64,000 nucleotides of DNA from a virus (taxonomy: Duplodnaviria > Caudoviricetes): positions 440 to 64,439 of the IMG/VR virus record IMGVR_UViG_3300030419_004954; one strand, written 5' to 3'. Below, piece after piece: positions 48,877 through 57,671 of the stretch (position 1 is the stretch's first letter; each line of letters opens with the position of its first letter). A program made the position numbers and the translations under genes. Below the pieces are notes generated by a model. It worked only from the letters and a program-made list of their open reading frames with translations, made no database searches and was not told the origin of the DNA.

Positions 48877-49505
48877 TGGGTGAATTTGGATGGGCCTATA
48901 TTACTTGCGACGATCAAGTTGGTAACGCCACTGGTCCAACAGGATCTCTTCAATTCCACCATGCTGGACAAGAGATTACTGGTTCCGATTATTTGGTTTT
49001 CAAAACGGGATCATCACCTTTTTCACTTGATCTAACTGGTACACTAAACGTTAGTGGAACCATTAATGCCGATATTATGAATATCGCGGTTACTAACAAA
49101 AACGTTATTAACCTTTCGGCTTCGGGTGATACAAAATTTGGAAACACCGTAAACGATAGTCATGTATTCACAGGAAGCGTGTTTGTAACAGGCGGAGTAA
49201 CCTTTAATTACTACAAGGTTACATCAGCAACATACGCAATTACGCCAACAGATTATATATTGGGCATATCTGGATCTGGTTACATAAGCCTAACTCTGCC
49301 CACATTCAGCTCATATAAAGGAAGATTCATAACTATCAAAGATGAATTTGACTTTTCTGGATCTGGACGTCCCGCTATTCACCCAATCGCAATAACGGCA
49401 TCCAGTGGCTTGTTAGACGGTAATGGTACTTACGAAATATCTAATGGTGACTTTGCTGCCGTTAACTTATACTCTGATGGTACTACTGGGTGGTTTGTAG
49501 TCTAA
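48876..49505 (+). CDS. Putative fibre/decoration protein
   Basis: GPTGSLQF, SGDTKFGNTVNDSHVFTGS; C-terminal LTLP...IKDE...LYSDG domain. Confidence 0.55.
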   Translation: MGEFGWAYITCDDQVGNATGPTGSLQFHHAGQEITGSDYLVFKTGSSPFSLDLTGTLNVSGTINADIMNIAVTNKNVINLSASGDTKFGNTVNDSHVFTGSVFVTGGVTFNYYKVTSATYAITPTDYILGISGSGYISLTLPTFSSYKGRFITIKDEFDFSGSGRPAIHPIAITASSGLLDGNGTYEISNGDFAAVNLYSDGTTGWFVV

Positions 49506-49523
49506 ATATTATAGGAGAAAATA

Positions 49524-50486
49524 ATGTCCTATAACCTATTGTCCGCCAGTGTTACAATGCCGACCACATATAACGGCGACACTGCTATTAATCTGAGCAA
49601 TGTCTACATGAGTGGTTCGATCGCCGGTGACGGCACCGGACTAATAAATGTAAACCACACTTTACAATCTAACACAAGCCCCGGAAGAATACCATTCTTT
49701 GATACAACAGAAGCAGTAGGCCCTCTTGGTAACCAGTTTAATACAAGGGGAGACCGAAACTTTACATTTAACCGATCTAATGGTGTTATGGCTCTTAATG
49801 GGACAGCCTCGTTAAGTGCAATAACTCTTAATAGTGCTTCCAGCGAAGTTGCGGTAACAACAAAATATCTTGCACTGAACTCTAATGATGAAGTTGTTCT
49901 AACTTCTTCGGTAACAACCGGAGGACCAGTTAGTTCGCTTCAGTTTAGTACGGGGCCAACAGCGCTGTCTGGTTCTCCAATGATGACGTTTGATAATTCC
50001 AAGAACCTGTTGGCCTTAACTGGCTCAATAGAAGTATCGGGGTCTATAACAGCACATGAATTAAACATTGTTGTAATCAATGAGAGAAAAATAAATCTTG
50101 ATATCTCCGGTTCAACTATATTCGGTGATTCCTTGGACGATACTCACCAGTACACTGGGAGCATTTTGGTCAATGGAACGATTGTCAGAAGCCGTGTATC
50201 TGTAACTTCTAGCCCTTTTTCGATAGGTGCGACAAATTATTATGTTGGAGTTCGATCTGATACCATTGGTGCTGCCAGTACGATTAATCTCCCTGTGGCT
50301 AACACTTTACAGAATGGACAATCTCTGATTATAAAAGATGAAGGCGGATCTGCTCAAAGTTACAATATTAAAATAACAGCCTCAGCAGCAGATTTAATTG
50401 ATGGACAGTCAGAAATCTTTATAGAATCGCCATATGGTTCGGTGAACCTGTATACTGACGGATCTAGTAAATATTTCATCTACTAG
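49524..50486 (+). CDS. Putative fibre/decoration protein, paralog of 48876..49505
   Basis: GPVSSLQF, SGSTIFGDSLDDTHQYTGS, INLP...IKDEGG...IDG...LYTDG. Confidence 0.55.
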   Translation: MSYNLLSASVTMPTTYNGDTAINLSNVYMSGSIAGDGTGLINVNHTLQSNTSPGRIPFFDTTEAVGPLGNQFNTRGDRNFTFNRSNGVMALNGTASLSAITLNSASSEVAVTTKYLALNSNDEVVLTSSVTTGGPVSSLQFSTGPTALSGSPMMTFDNSKNLLALTGSIEVSGSITAHELNIVVINERKINLDISGSTIFGDSLDDTHQYTGSILVNGTIVRSRVSVTSSPFSIGATNYYVGVRSDTIGAASTINLPVANTLQNGQSLIIKDEGGSAQSYNIKITASAADLIDGQSEIFIESPYGSVNLYTDGSSKYFIY

Positions 50487-50522
50487 CGCGTCGATTACAA
50501 GTTGGTTCCTCTAATTATAGTA

Positions 50523-50575
50523 GCGCCAAAGATGTTTGCGGATCCCGTATTCGTCGGTATCTTACGCCATGGCGC
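50523..50575 (+). promoter_or_regulatory. Structured 5' leader (nested stems) of the 727 aa repeat protein gene
   Basis: GCGCCA/TGGCGC outer stem, AAGATGTT/GGTATCTT inner stem, TGCGG-ATC-CCGTA hairpin; lies between a CTAATTA motif and SD GGAGG. Confidence 0.5.
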
Positions 50576-50597
50576 GTTTTTATGGAGGATATAAATT

Positions 50598-52781
50598 ATG
50601 GCTTATAAATTTCAAGTTGGTGTAGCCCAACTCTCGGGTAACTTAACCCAAGAGGGCGCACTAACTGCTGAGGGACTTGCGTCTCTCGACGGTGGTATTG
50701 ACGTTAATGGTTCAAACTTCACCGTTTCAACCGCTGGTGCTCTTAGTGCTGCCGGTCTTGCTAACCTCGATGGTGGTATCGAAGTTGATAATGGTGGTAA
50801 TAAATTCACTGTTTCTACTGCTGGTGCTGTTGTTGCGGAAGGCTCCGTTTCTGGTGCTGCGGGTACATTTGATACTCTTGCTGGTACTTCTTTAGCACTT
50901 CAAAGTGGTGGTATTACTGCTGCTGGTGCAATTGCTGGTGCAACTACAATTGCTGCAAGTGGTCTTGCTAACCTTGACGGTGGTATCGAAGTTGACAATG
51001 GTGGTAACAAATTCACTGTTTCAACTGCTGGTGCTGTTGTTGCTGAAAGTTCTATATCTGGTGCTGCTGGTACATTTGATGCTCTTGCTGGTACTTCGTT
51101 GGCTCTTCAAAGTGGTGGTATTACTGCTGCGGGTGCTATCGCTGGTGCAACCACAATTACTGCAACTGGTTTAGTTTCATCTTCTGCTGCTCTTAATGGA
51201 CTTTCATTAGACATTAATAGTGCTGCAAGCGTTTCTAGTGCTGGTGCTGCAAGCTTTGCTAGTGCAAATCTTAACGCTGGTGGTATTACTAATGCTGGTT
51301 CTATTGTTGGTGCAACCACAATTTCTGGTTCTTCTACCATTTCTGGTCTTGAATTAGACATTGAAAAGAGCGCGAACATTGCTCAAGCGGCTGATATTGG
51401 AGGCAAACTTACTGTTGTAGGTGTTTCCGATCTCGATGGTGGTATTGATGTTAATGGTGGTAACTTCGCTGTTAATGCTTCTGGTGAAATTACTGCTTCA
51501 CCATCTGGTTCTATCACCGATCTCTATGTAGGTGATGATGCTCAAATTGCTGGTACTGCTACTATCGAAGGTGCTTTCCGTGCAGATGCTGCTGCTACTT
51601 TTGCTAGCACAGTTGCTGTAAACGGTCTTTCTAACCTTGATGGTGGTATTGAGATTGATAACAGTGGTAACAAATTTACTGTTTCTACTGCTGGTGCTGT
51701 TATGGCCGCTGCTCTTGCTAACCTTGATGGTGGTATTGAGGTAGATAATGGTGGTAACAAATTTACTGTTTCTACTGCTGGTGCTGTTATGGCTGTTGGT
51801 GCAATTTCATCTTCTGCTGCTCTTGAAGGTCTCTCGTTAGATATTAATAGTGCTGCAAGTGTTAGCTCTGCTGGTGCTGCAAGCTTTGCTAGTGCAAATC
51901 TTAACTCTGGTGGTATTACTAATGCTGGTGCTATTGTTGGTGCGGCTGCGGTTTCTGGTTCTGGTGTTTTCAGTATGTCTGCTATCGATAATGATGGTGT
52001 TTTAAACAACGCTGGTGCTGCTAACATTGTAGGTAAACTTACTGTTACTGCTGTTTCTGATCTCGATGGTGGTATTGATGTTAATGGTGGTAACTTCGCT
52101 GTTTCGACTGCCGGTAATATTACTGCTTGTCCATCTGGTTCTATTACTGATCTTCTTGTTGGTGATGATCTTCAGGTTGTTGGCGATTCTCGTTTTGACG
52201 GCGATGTTGCCTTAATAAGTTCCACTACTGCATCATTCGGTCTTCATATTATGAATAGTGTAGGTCTTGTTGTAGGTTCTACTGGTCAATTCCAAGTTGA
52301 TCCATCAAACGGTGACATTTCTACCTCTGGTGATGTAACTGGTTCTGCCTTTAACTTCGGTAAAGGTGCTGATTTCAAAATCGCTCAAAGCCTCTTACCA
52401 GATCGTACTGGTGCGCTTGATCTTGGTAGCTCTGCGCTTCCTTATCGAGCAGTTTACGCTGATACCTTCATTGGTAACATCGCATTTGATACTCAAACCG
52501 TAACTGACTTCGGTCCAGTTGAATCGGCTTCTGATATCGTTTACGTTAACATGGCCTCAACCGGTCTTACTCTTGAGCTCCCAACTGGTTCTGCCGGTAA
52601 GGTACTCAGAATTAAGATGAGCGGTGAAAGACCATTCCAAATTTCTGGTGCTGCTGGTACTGGTGATACCGTATTTGATCAACCTGCTGATTCTATACTC
52701 GTAATGATGGAAGCACTTGGTGCTGCTATGACTTGTGTGTACTCTGGTTCTGCTGGTTCCGGTAAGTGGCACATCATCTAA
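50598..52781 (+). CDS. Gly/Ala/Ser-rich repeat fibre protein, probably abundant in the virion
   Basis: 727 aa; repeated LANLDGGIEVDNGGNKFTVSTAGAV modules; strong GCT/GGT codon bias like the capsid gene; own promoter motif, leader and terminator. Confidence 0.65.
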   Translation: MAYKFQVGVAQLSGNLTQEGALTAEGLASLDGGIDVNGSNFTVSTAGALSAAGLANLDGGIEVDNGGNKFTVSTAGAVVAEGSVSGAAGTFDTLAGTSLALQSGGITAAGAIAGATTIAASGLANLDGGIEVDNGGNKFTVSTAGAVVAESSISGAAGTFDALAGTSLALQSGGITAAGAIAGATTITATGLVSSSAALNGLSLDINSAASVSSAGAASFASANLNAGGITNAGSIVGATTISGSSTISGLELDIEKSANIAQAADIGGKLTVVGVSDLDGGIDVNGGNFAVNASGEITASPSGSITDLYVGDDAQIAGTATIEGAFRADAAATFASTVAVNGLSNLDGGIEIDNSGNKFTVSTAGAVMAAALANLDGGIEVDNGGNKFTVSTAGAVMAVGAISSSAALEGLSLDINSAASVSSAGAASFASANLNSGGITNAGAIVGAAAVSGSGVFSMSAIDNDGVLNNAGAANIVGKLTVTAVSDLDGGIDVNGGNFAVSTAGNITACPSGSITDLLVGDDLQVVGDSRFDGDVALISSTTASFGLHIMNSVGLVVGSTGQFQVDPSNGDISTSGDVTGSAFNFGKGADFKIAQSLLPDRTGALDLGSSALPYRAVYADTFIGNIAFDTQTVTDFGPVESASDIVYVNMASTGLTLELPTGSAGKVLRIKMSGERPFQISGAAGTGDTVFDQPADSILVMMEALGAAMTCVYSGSAGSGKWHII
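50754..51167 (+). repeat. Tandem 207 nt (69 aa) intragenic duplication
   Basis: Copies start at 50754 and 50961 (GGTCTTGCTAACCT.GA.GGTGGTATCGAAGTTGA.AATGGTGGTAA.AAATTCACTG...) and differ mostly at synonymous positions. Confidence 0.85.
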
Positions 52782-52795
52782 TCTTCGGATTGGAT
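52776..52795 (+). other. C(UUCG)G tetraloop hairpin overlapping the stop codon
   Basis: ATCTAATC-TTCG-GATTGGAT. Confidence 0.55.
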
Positions 52796-52815
52796 TATTG
52801 TCCTATACTTTATGT

Positions 52816-52845
52816 GGAGGTTGCCTTCGGGCAACCTCCCTTTTT
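52816..52845 (+). terminator. Rho-independent terminator with a UUCG loop
   Basis: GGAGGTTGCC-TTCG-GGCAACCTCC then CTTTTT. Confidence 0.9.
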
Positions 52846-52885
52846 ATTATCAAAAGCCTAATTATGGATAGCACGAGGTAACGAA

Positions 52886-53956
52886 ATGGCTTTTAATTTT
52901 TCAATTGGTGGACAAATCATTGGTGACCTGTCTGGATCTGATGATTCGGATAGAAACACAGTCATAGATTTTGAAGAAGATTACATTGGATTTGTAACCA
53001 GCGGATCAACCATATTAAGCATATCAGGCAGCGATGTATATTTAGCAAATGGTTCAAATTTATATTTAGACGGAGGATCAAATCTTTATTTTGATTCAAC
53101 CCCAACCCCCGCTTCGGTTTTTATAAGCGAGGTTGGCGATGGTTCTAATTCTTTAAACATTGATGCAAATAATGTTTTATATCTTACGGCTGACGAAAGC
53201 GTAAGAGTAATGAACAACAGTTCAACAAAAGTTAAATTTGACTTTAGTAATGATGTTGCTGAAGTTGAGATGCCTATTTCATCGTCTCAGTCAATCTCCG
53301 CATCAATACTCCATCTTCAAGAAGGTATTAGTCTCGGAGGACAAAGTGTTCTTGATAGCCAAGCTAGCCTTTCTGTTGGAAGCATTACCTTAGTTGATCA
53401 GAGCGGGCCAGTATATCAACTCCCAGATGCTGATGGAACTAGTGGTCAAGTTATCATGACCGATGGTTCTGGTAATCTAACTTTTTCAAATGTCTCCGGA
53501 GCAAGCGGAGGCACCAGTCAGTTTTTTCAAGGCCATGTTGAGATTGATACTACAGCAAAGCCTGTTAACTTTCACAATGTTGTTTCAATTGGCGGCAATG
53601 CCCCAGAAAATATAAAAAGTTGGTTTATTGCACCCTTTACTGGTCAAATAAATAAAGTTATTCTCTCTGTTAAAGCAAATAATTTTTCTACATCAAACCA
53701 CGGGACCATTACAGTTTCCATCTACAAGAATCAATCAAATTTTAATTCTGCAACATCTATTGCAGTAGCTGCTGACGATTTCACACAAACAGTTAACAAC
53801 TTAGGAAGCGGCAACACCGATGTCAACACAGGTATTTTTAATACCAATGTGTCCATACAAGAGGGCGACCTTATTCAAATAAAAGTAGGAAAATCAACAG
53901 GCACGTCTGGGGATACCAACGCTGCCGTCGTAACACTTAGGTTGACTGAACAATAA
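52886..53956 (+). CDS. Putative fibre protein
   Basis: YQLPDADGTSGQVIMTDGSGNLTF fibre-shaft motif; C-terminal beta-sandwich-like region. Confidence 0.55.
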   Translation: MAFNFSIGGQIIGDLSGSDDSDRNTVIDFEEDYIGFVTSGSTILSISGSDVYLANGSNLYLDGGSNLYFDSTPTPASVFISEVGDGSNSLNIDANNVLYLTADESVRVMNNSSTKVKFDFSNDVAEVEMPISSSQSISASILHLQEGISLGGQSVLDSQASLSVGSITLVDQSGPVYQLPDADGTSGQVIMTDGSGNLTFSNVSGASGGTSQFFQGHVEIDTTAKPVNFHNVVSIGGNAPENIKSWFIAPFTGQINKVILSVKANNFSTSNHGTITVSIYKNQSNFNSATSIAVAADDFTQTVNNLGSGNTDVNTGIFNTNVSIQEGDLIQIKVGKSTGTSGDTNAAVVTLRLTEQ

Positions 53957-53987
53957 CACAACAAATTAGTTATAACGAGGATAAAAA

Positions 53988-56399
53988 ATGTCATATAATA
54001 TTTTTAGCAAGAGGGCTGCCTTTCAGGGGACCACAAAAACCGCTGATGGTGATATAGTATCTGGTACTATTGAATACATGGTTGATAACCATTCAAACCA
54101 GACTATTGATGGACAAAAGACCTTTACTGATCTATCGGCTAGTAATATTTCAATTGGTGAGAGGATTTCTCACACAGGAGATAGTGATACAAGAATACAG
54201 TTTGGCACAGATAATATTGCTTTTATGGCTGACGGCGGAACTCAAATATTTACAGTTTATGGTAACCTAAATCCTGATCGAGTACAAGTTAACACTGGAA
54301 ACCTTGTTATTGCTACTGGTAATATAGGGATTGGGGTCACTGTACCAACTTTTGAACTTGAGGTCGATGGTAATGTCTCTGGTTCCGGAACATTCCATAA
54401 CGTTGGTGCTGCAACCTTTGGTAATAACTTAAGCGTCACTGGGACAATATCTGGTAACGGATCTGGTCTTACAAATGTTGGTTTGGCTGGAAACCTATTG
54501 GCTGAAAGTATAATCGGTTCTGTTAGCGGTTCTCAAATCAGCGCATCAAACGGTCTTTCTACAAGCGGCAACAATTTGGTTGTGCAAGTGAGTGGAACGG
54601 CATCTGGTCTTGTTTCTGAGACAAATGGTATTAAAATAGATTTAACTGGACTCGGAACGGTAGCGTACTCCGATAACGATCACATACTCATAAGTTCCTC
54701 CGCCGGTAACAAGAAGATGCAACTGGGAACCCTTGAATCAGGGTTCGACAGTCTTGCGGCAGGGCAAGTAACATCAGGGAGATTTGATACAGCTCGACTT
54801 CCCACAACTATCAGCGGGATTAGTTTCTTAACATCCTCCGTTATTTCTGCCTCGACCTTTCATGGAAACGGAGAGAACCTAACTGGTATTTCCGGAGCAC
54901 CCACTCCCGGAGGGTCCAATACACAAGTTCAGTTTAATGATGATGGTGATCTCGCAGGTGATGCACAATTATTCTTCCTGACCGGATCAAACACATTGGC
55001 GACGACTGCGCTATCAGCATCAGGAGATCTTTCAGGATCCTCACTTCGTATTTTGAACTCTATTTTTACCGGAGGCAATACTTTCTTGGACAACAACGGA
55101 AATGTATTTGCATCAAGCATATCTGGTTCTGGAACAATTCATGTGGTTGGAAGCGCATCATTTGGTAATGATGTATCAATCACGGGTGCTTTCTATGGTG
55201 ACGGTAGACAACTAACGGGGCTACCAATAGCCAACGCTGCTGCTAATGCTGTTGTAACAGTTAACAATGCAACAACTAAAACAGTAGATTCTAATTCAAA
55301 CTTTACATACGATGGTTCGGATGCCGTCGTTACAAGTGGTGATGTAAAGGCAACAAACCTTTCGGCCTCCTCTGACCTTAAAGCAGGTGGTAATCTTGTA
55401 ATTGGTGTCGCCGCTACAACTCTATCAGCAACCGAACTTGGTGTGCTTGATGGTGTAACAGCAGGAACAGCCGCCGCCAGCAAAGCGATGGTTCTTGATT
55501 CAAATGCAGATATAACAGGATTTAGAAAATTAATTTCTGCAACTAATGGCGCTTCTGTTCTGGAGATAACCTCTTCCGTAGGAAAAATCTCCATAGCAAG
55601 TGAGGCCATGGCTATCAGAAATGTAGCCAATACAGCAGTTTTCAATGTTGCTGTTACTGATGGAGATATAACTAGTGCTGGCTCTGTTCAAGCGGCTTCT
55701 CTTTCTGCCTCTGCCGACATTCAAGCCGGAGGACACATAACAGGCTCTGGGGACTTGGTTTTTGCTGGTCCAACGTCGAAAATACATTTTGATCCCGCAG
55801 GGTCCAGTGCTACCAACGGCCCCTTCATTTCAACGAGTAATCTCACTACTTTAATGATTGATGGTGATAGCATATTGAACATGCAAGCCGATACTAATAT
55901 TAGATTGAGAGTTGCTGGTGGTAGCTCGGCAACACACGATATGAGAGTGGATATTACAGAAACACATTTCTCCTCAAGTGTTGACCTATCTTCCTCGGCG
56001 CTCCACTTTGCGGATAGCCCGTCAGCAGTGATTACATCCGGAGGGAATACTTTCCTTGATAATAACGGAAATATCTTCACCGGCGGTATAACCATGCAAG
56101 CTGACGCTGATGTAGCTCTCAACTTCAACAATAACCAAATCTCCGGCTCTGGTCACATTTCCGGTTCATCATTTTATTTTGAAGATTCAATAAACCTTAG
56201 TGGAAATCCAATCATAACCGGAGACGGAAACGCTTCTTTTGGACAATTGACCTGTTTTGTTGACGCCAAGGGCAGTACCAATCTTCCAACCGACAATAGT
56301 AGGGCAACATTTTATGTTGATGAATCAGCAAATAAATTCTTTGTTTATGTAAAATATTCTGGTGGAGCAGTGAAATCTGGCTCTATCGACCTCACATAA
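53988..56399 (+). CDS. Putative long fibre protein
   Basis: 803 aa; PGGSNTQVQFND, GNIGIGVTVP and TELGVLDGVTAGTAAASKAMVLD fibre motifs; internal repeat GGNTFLDNNGN x2. Confidence 0.6.
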   Translation: MSYNIFSKRAAFQGTTKTADGDIVSGTIEYMVDNHSNQTIDGQKTFTDLSASNISIGERISHTGDSDTRIQFGTDNIAFMADGGTQIFTVYGNLNPDRVQVNTGNLVIATGNIGIGVTVPTFELEVDGNVSGSGTFHNVGAATFGNNLSVTGTISGNGSGLTNVGLAGNLLAESIIGSVSGSQISASNGLSTSGNNLVVQVSGTASGLVSETNGIKIDLTGLGTVAYSDNDHILISSSAGNKKMQLGTLESGFDSLAAGQVTSGRFDTARLPTTISGISFLTSSVISASTFHGNGENLTGISGAPTPGGSNTQVQFNDDGDLAGDAQLFFLTGSNTLATTALSASGDLSGSSLRILNSIFTGGNTFLDNNGNVFASSISGSGTIHVVGSASFGNDVSITGAFYGDGRQLTGLPIANAAANAVVTVNNATTKTVDSNSNFTYDGSDAVVTSGDVKATNLSASSDLKAGGNLVIGVAATTLSATELGVLDGVTAGTAAASKAMVLDSNADITGFRKLISATNGASVLEITSSVGKISIASEAMAIRNVANTAVFNVAVTDGDITSAGSVQAASLSASADIQAGGHITGSGDLVFAGPTSKIHFDPAGSSATNGPFISTSNLTTLMIDGDSILNMQADTNIRLRVAGGSSATHDMRVDITETHFSSSVDLSSSALHFADSPSAVITSGGNTFLDNNGNIFTGGITMQADADVALNFNNNQISGSGHISGSSFYFEDSINLSGNPIITGDGNASFGQLTCFVDAKGSTNLPTDNSRATFYVDESANKFFVYVKYSGGAVKSGSIDLT

Positions 56400-56428
56400 A
56401 GTACAATCTTCCTTTTCTCATTAAAAAC

Positions 56429-56436
56429 ACTATTTA
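56429..56436 (+). promoter_or_regulatory. Putative late promoter motif ACTATTTA (scaffold-capsid operon)
   Basis: Intergenic copy upstream of the scaffold gene. Confidence 0.65.
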
Positions 56437-56468
56437 CTTGTGATAAACTATTTCTAGGAGAAACCTTA

Positions 56469-57647
56469 ATGTCTTCAATGTTAGAACAAGCAATTGTTGA
56501 TGCCGCCGCACTTCGCGACGCTGCTTTAAAAAATGCTGAACAGGCTATTATAGAAAAATACGCCCCACAAATAAAAGATGCCGTAGAGTCGTTACTTGAA
56601 GGAACGACGGGGGATCTTAGTGTTGGGTCTACTGTTCGAGAAATTTCAACGGGTGCTATTGGCACAATTAGAGAAATTGATGAAGATGGCGTACAAGTTG
56701 AAGGCCAAGACGGTGGTGTATTTCTTGCTGAAGCAGGAAACCTAGAAGAGACACAGTTAATTAATGAAGAAGAAATGAGTTTGGGCTCAAGTCCCCAACC
56801 AATGCAAGTTAATGCACCATTGGGCGCATCACCAGAAAGTATTGTAAATCCTAACGCTGAGGTCAGCGCAGAATTTGAATTTAACTTTAATCCGGGTGAT
56901 TTCTTTGATCTCGACCTTGATCAAGTGGCTGCTGCCGCTGAAGAAAACCCCACCTCGGATGGTGAACAACAAGAAAGCACCGAAGACCTCCTTGATGACC
57001 TCGGAGCAGAAGAAGAAGGCGATGCATTAGGTGATCTAAATCTCACAGAGATGGTCGCTGAATTAGCCAAAACCCTCTTAGAAGAAGAGGAAGTGATCGA
57101 AGAAGAACTTGTTGTTGATATGGCCGCTGATAAATTGGGTTTTTTCACAACCAATGAAACAGAGGTTGGATACCAACAAGATCGTCAACTTGCTCAAATG
57201 GAAGATACCAAATACAAAGAAGAAAACGAAGCACTTCTTAAGAGAGTATCTGAACTTCAAGAATCCTTAGATAAAAGAACTGAGGATGCTACTAAACTTT
57301 TAGGAGTTGTTGAACAACTCAAAACTACGTTAGATGAAGTACTTGCCTCAAATGCAAGGCTTATATATTCTAATAAAACTTTAAGCGATGCCTCCCTGAA
57401 TGAGCGACAAAAATCTAAAATTGTTGAAGCCATCGCTCAGGCAAAATCTGCTGAAGAAGCAAAAACTCTTCATGAGACTCTTACTGCTACAGTGGGTTCC
57501 TCTCAAAGTAAAGGACCACAATCACTGAGCGAGTCTGTAAACAGAAGATCTAACCTCTCAGCCATTATGCCTCGGCGCAAAGAAAAAGTGGTTAACGAGT
57601 CCATGTCCTTTGCTGACCGAATGAAAAAACTCGCTGGCATTAACTAA
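56469..57647 (+). CDS. Prohead scaffolding protein (T4 gp22-like)
   Basis: Acidic coiled-coil protein directly upstream of the capsid gene; NARLIYSNK, LNERQK..IVE and terminal RMKKLAGI motifs. Confidence 0.75.
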   Translation: MSSMLEQAIVDAAALRDAALKNAEQAIIEKYAPQIKDAVESLLEGTTGDLSVGSTVREISTGAIGTIREIDEDGVQVEGQDGGVFLAEAGNLEETQLINEEEMSLGSSPQPMQVNAPLGASPESIVNPNAEVSAEFEFNFNPGDFFDLDLDQVAAAAEENPTSDGEQQESTEDLLDDLGAEEEGDALGDLNLTEMVAELAKTLLEEEEVIEEELVVDMAADKLGFFTTNETEVGYQQDRQLAQMEDTKYKEENEALLKRVSELQESLDKRTEDATKLLGVVEQLKTTLDEVLASNARLIYSNKTLSDASLNERQKSKIVEAIAQAKSAEEAKTLHETLTATVGSSQSKGPQSLSESVNRRSNLSAIMPRRKEKVVNESMSFADRMKKLAGIN

Positions 57648-57671
57648 TCATTTAATGGAGGTATTATAAAA

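Noticed and set aside
50754-52170. Repeats in the 727 aa gene as a DGR template/variable pair or a CRISPR array
   Set aside because: Differences between copies are mainly synonymous third-position changes rather than adenine-specific; the repeats are in-frame coding with no unique spacers; no reverse transcriptase or cas gene is in the window
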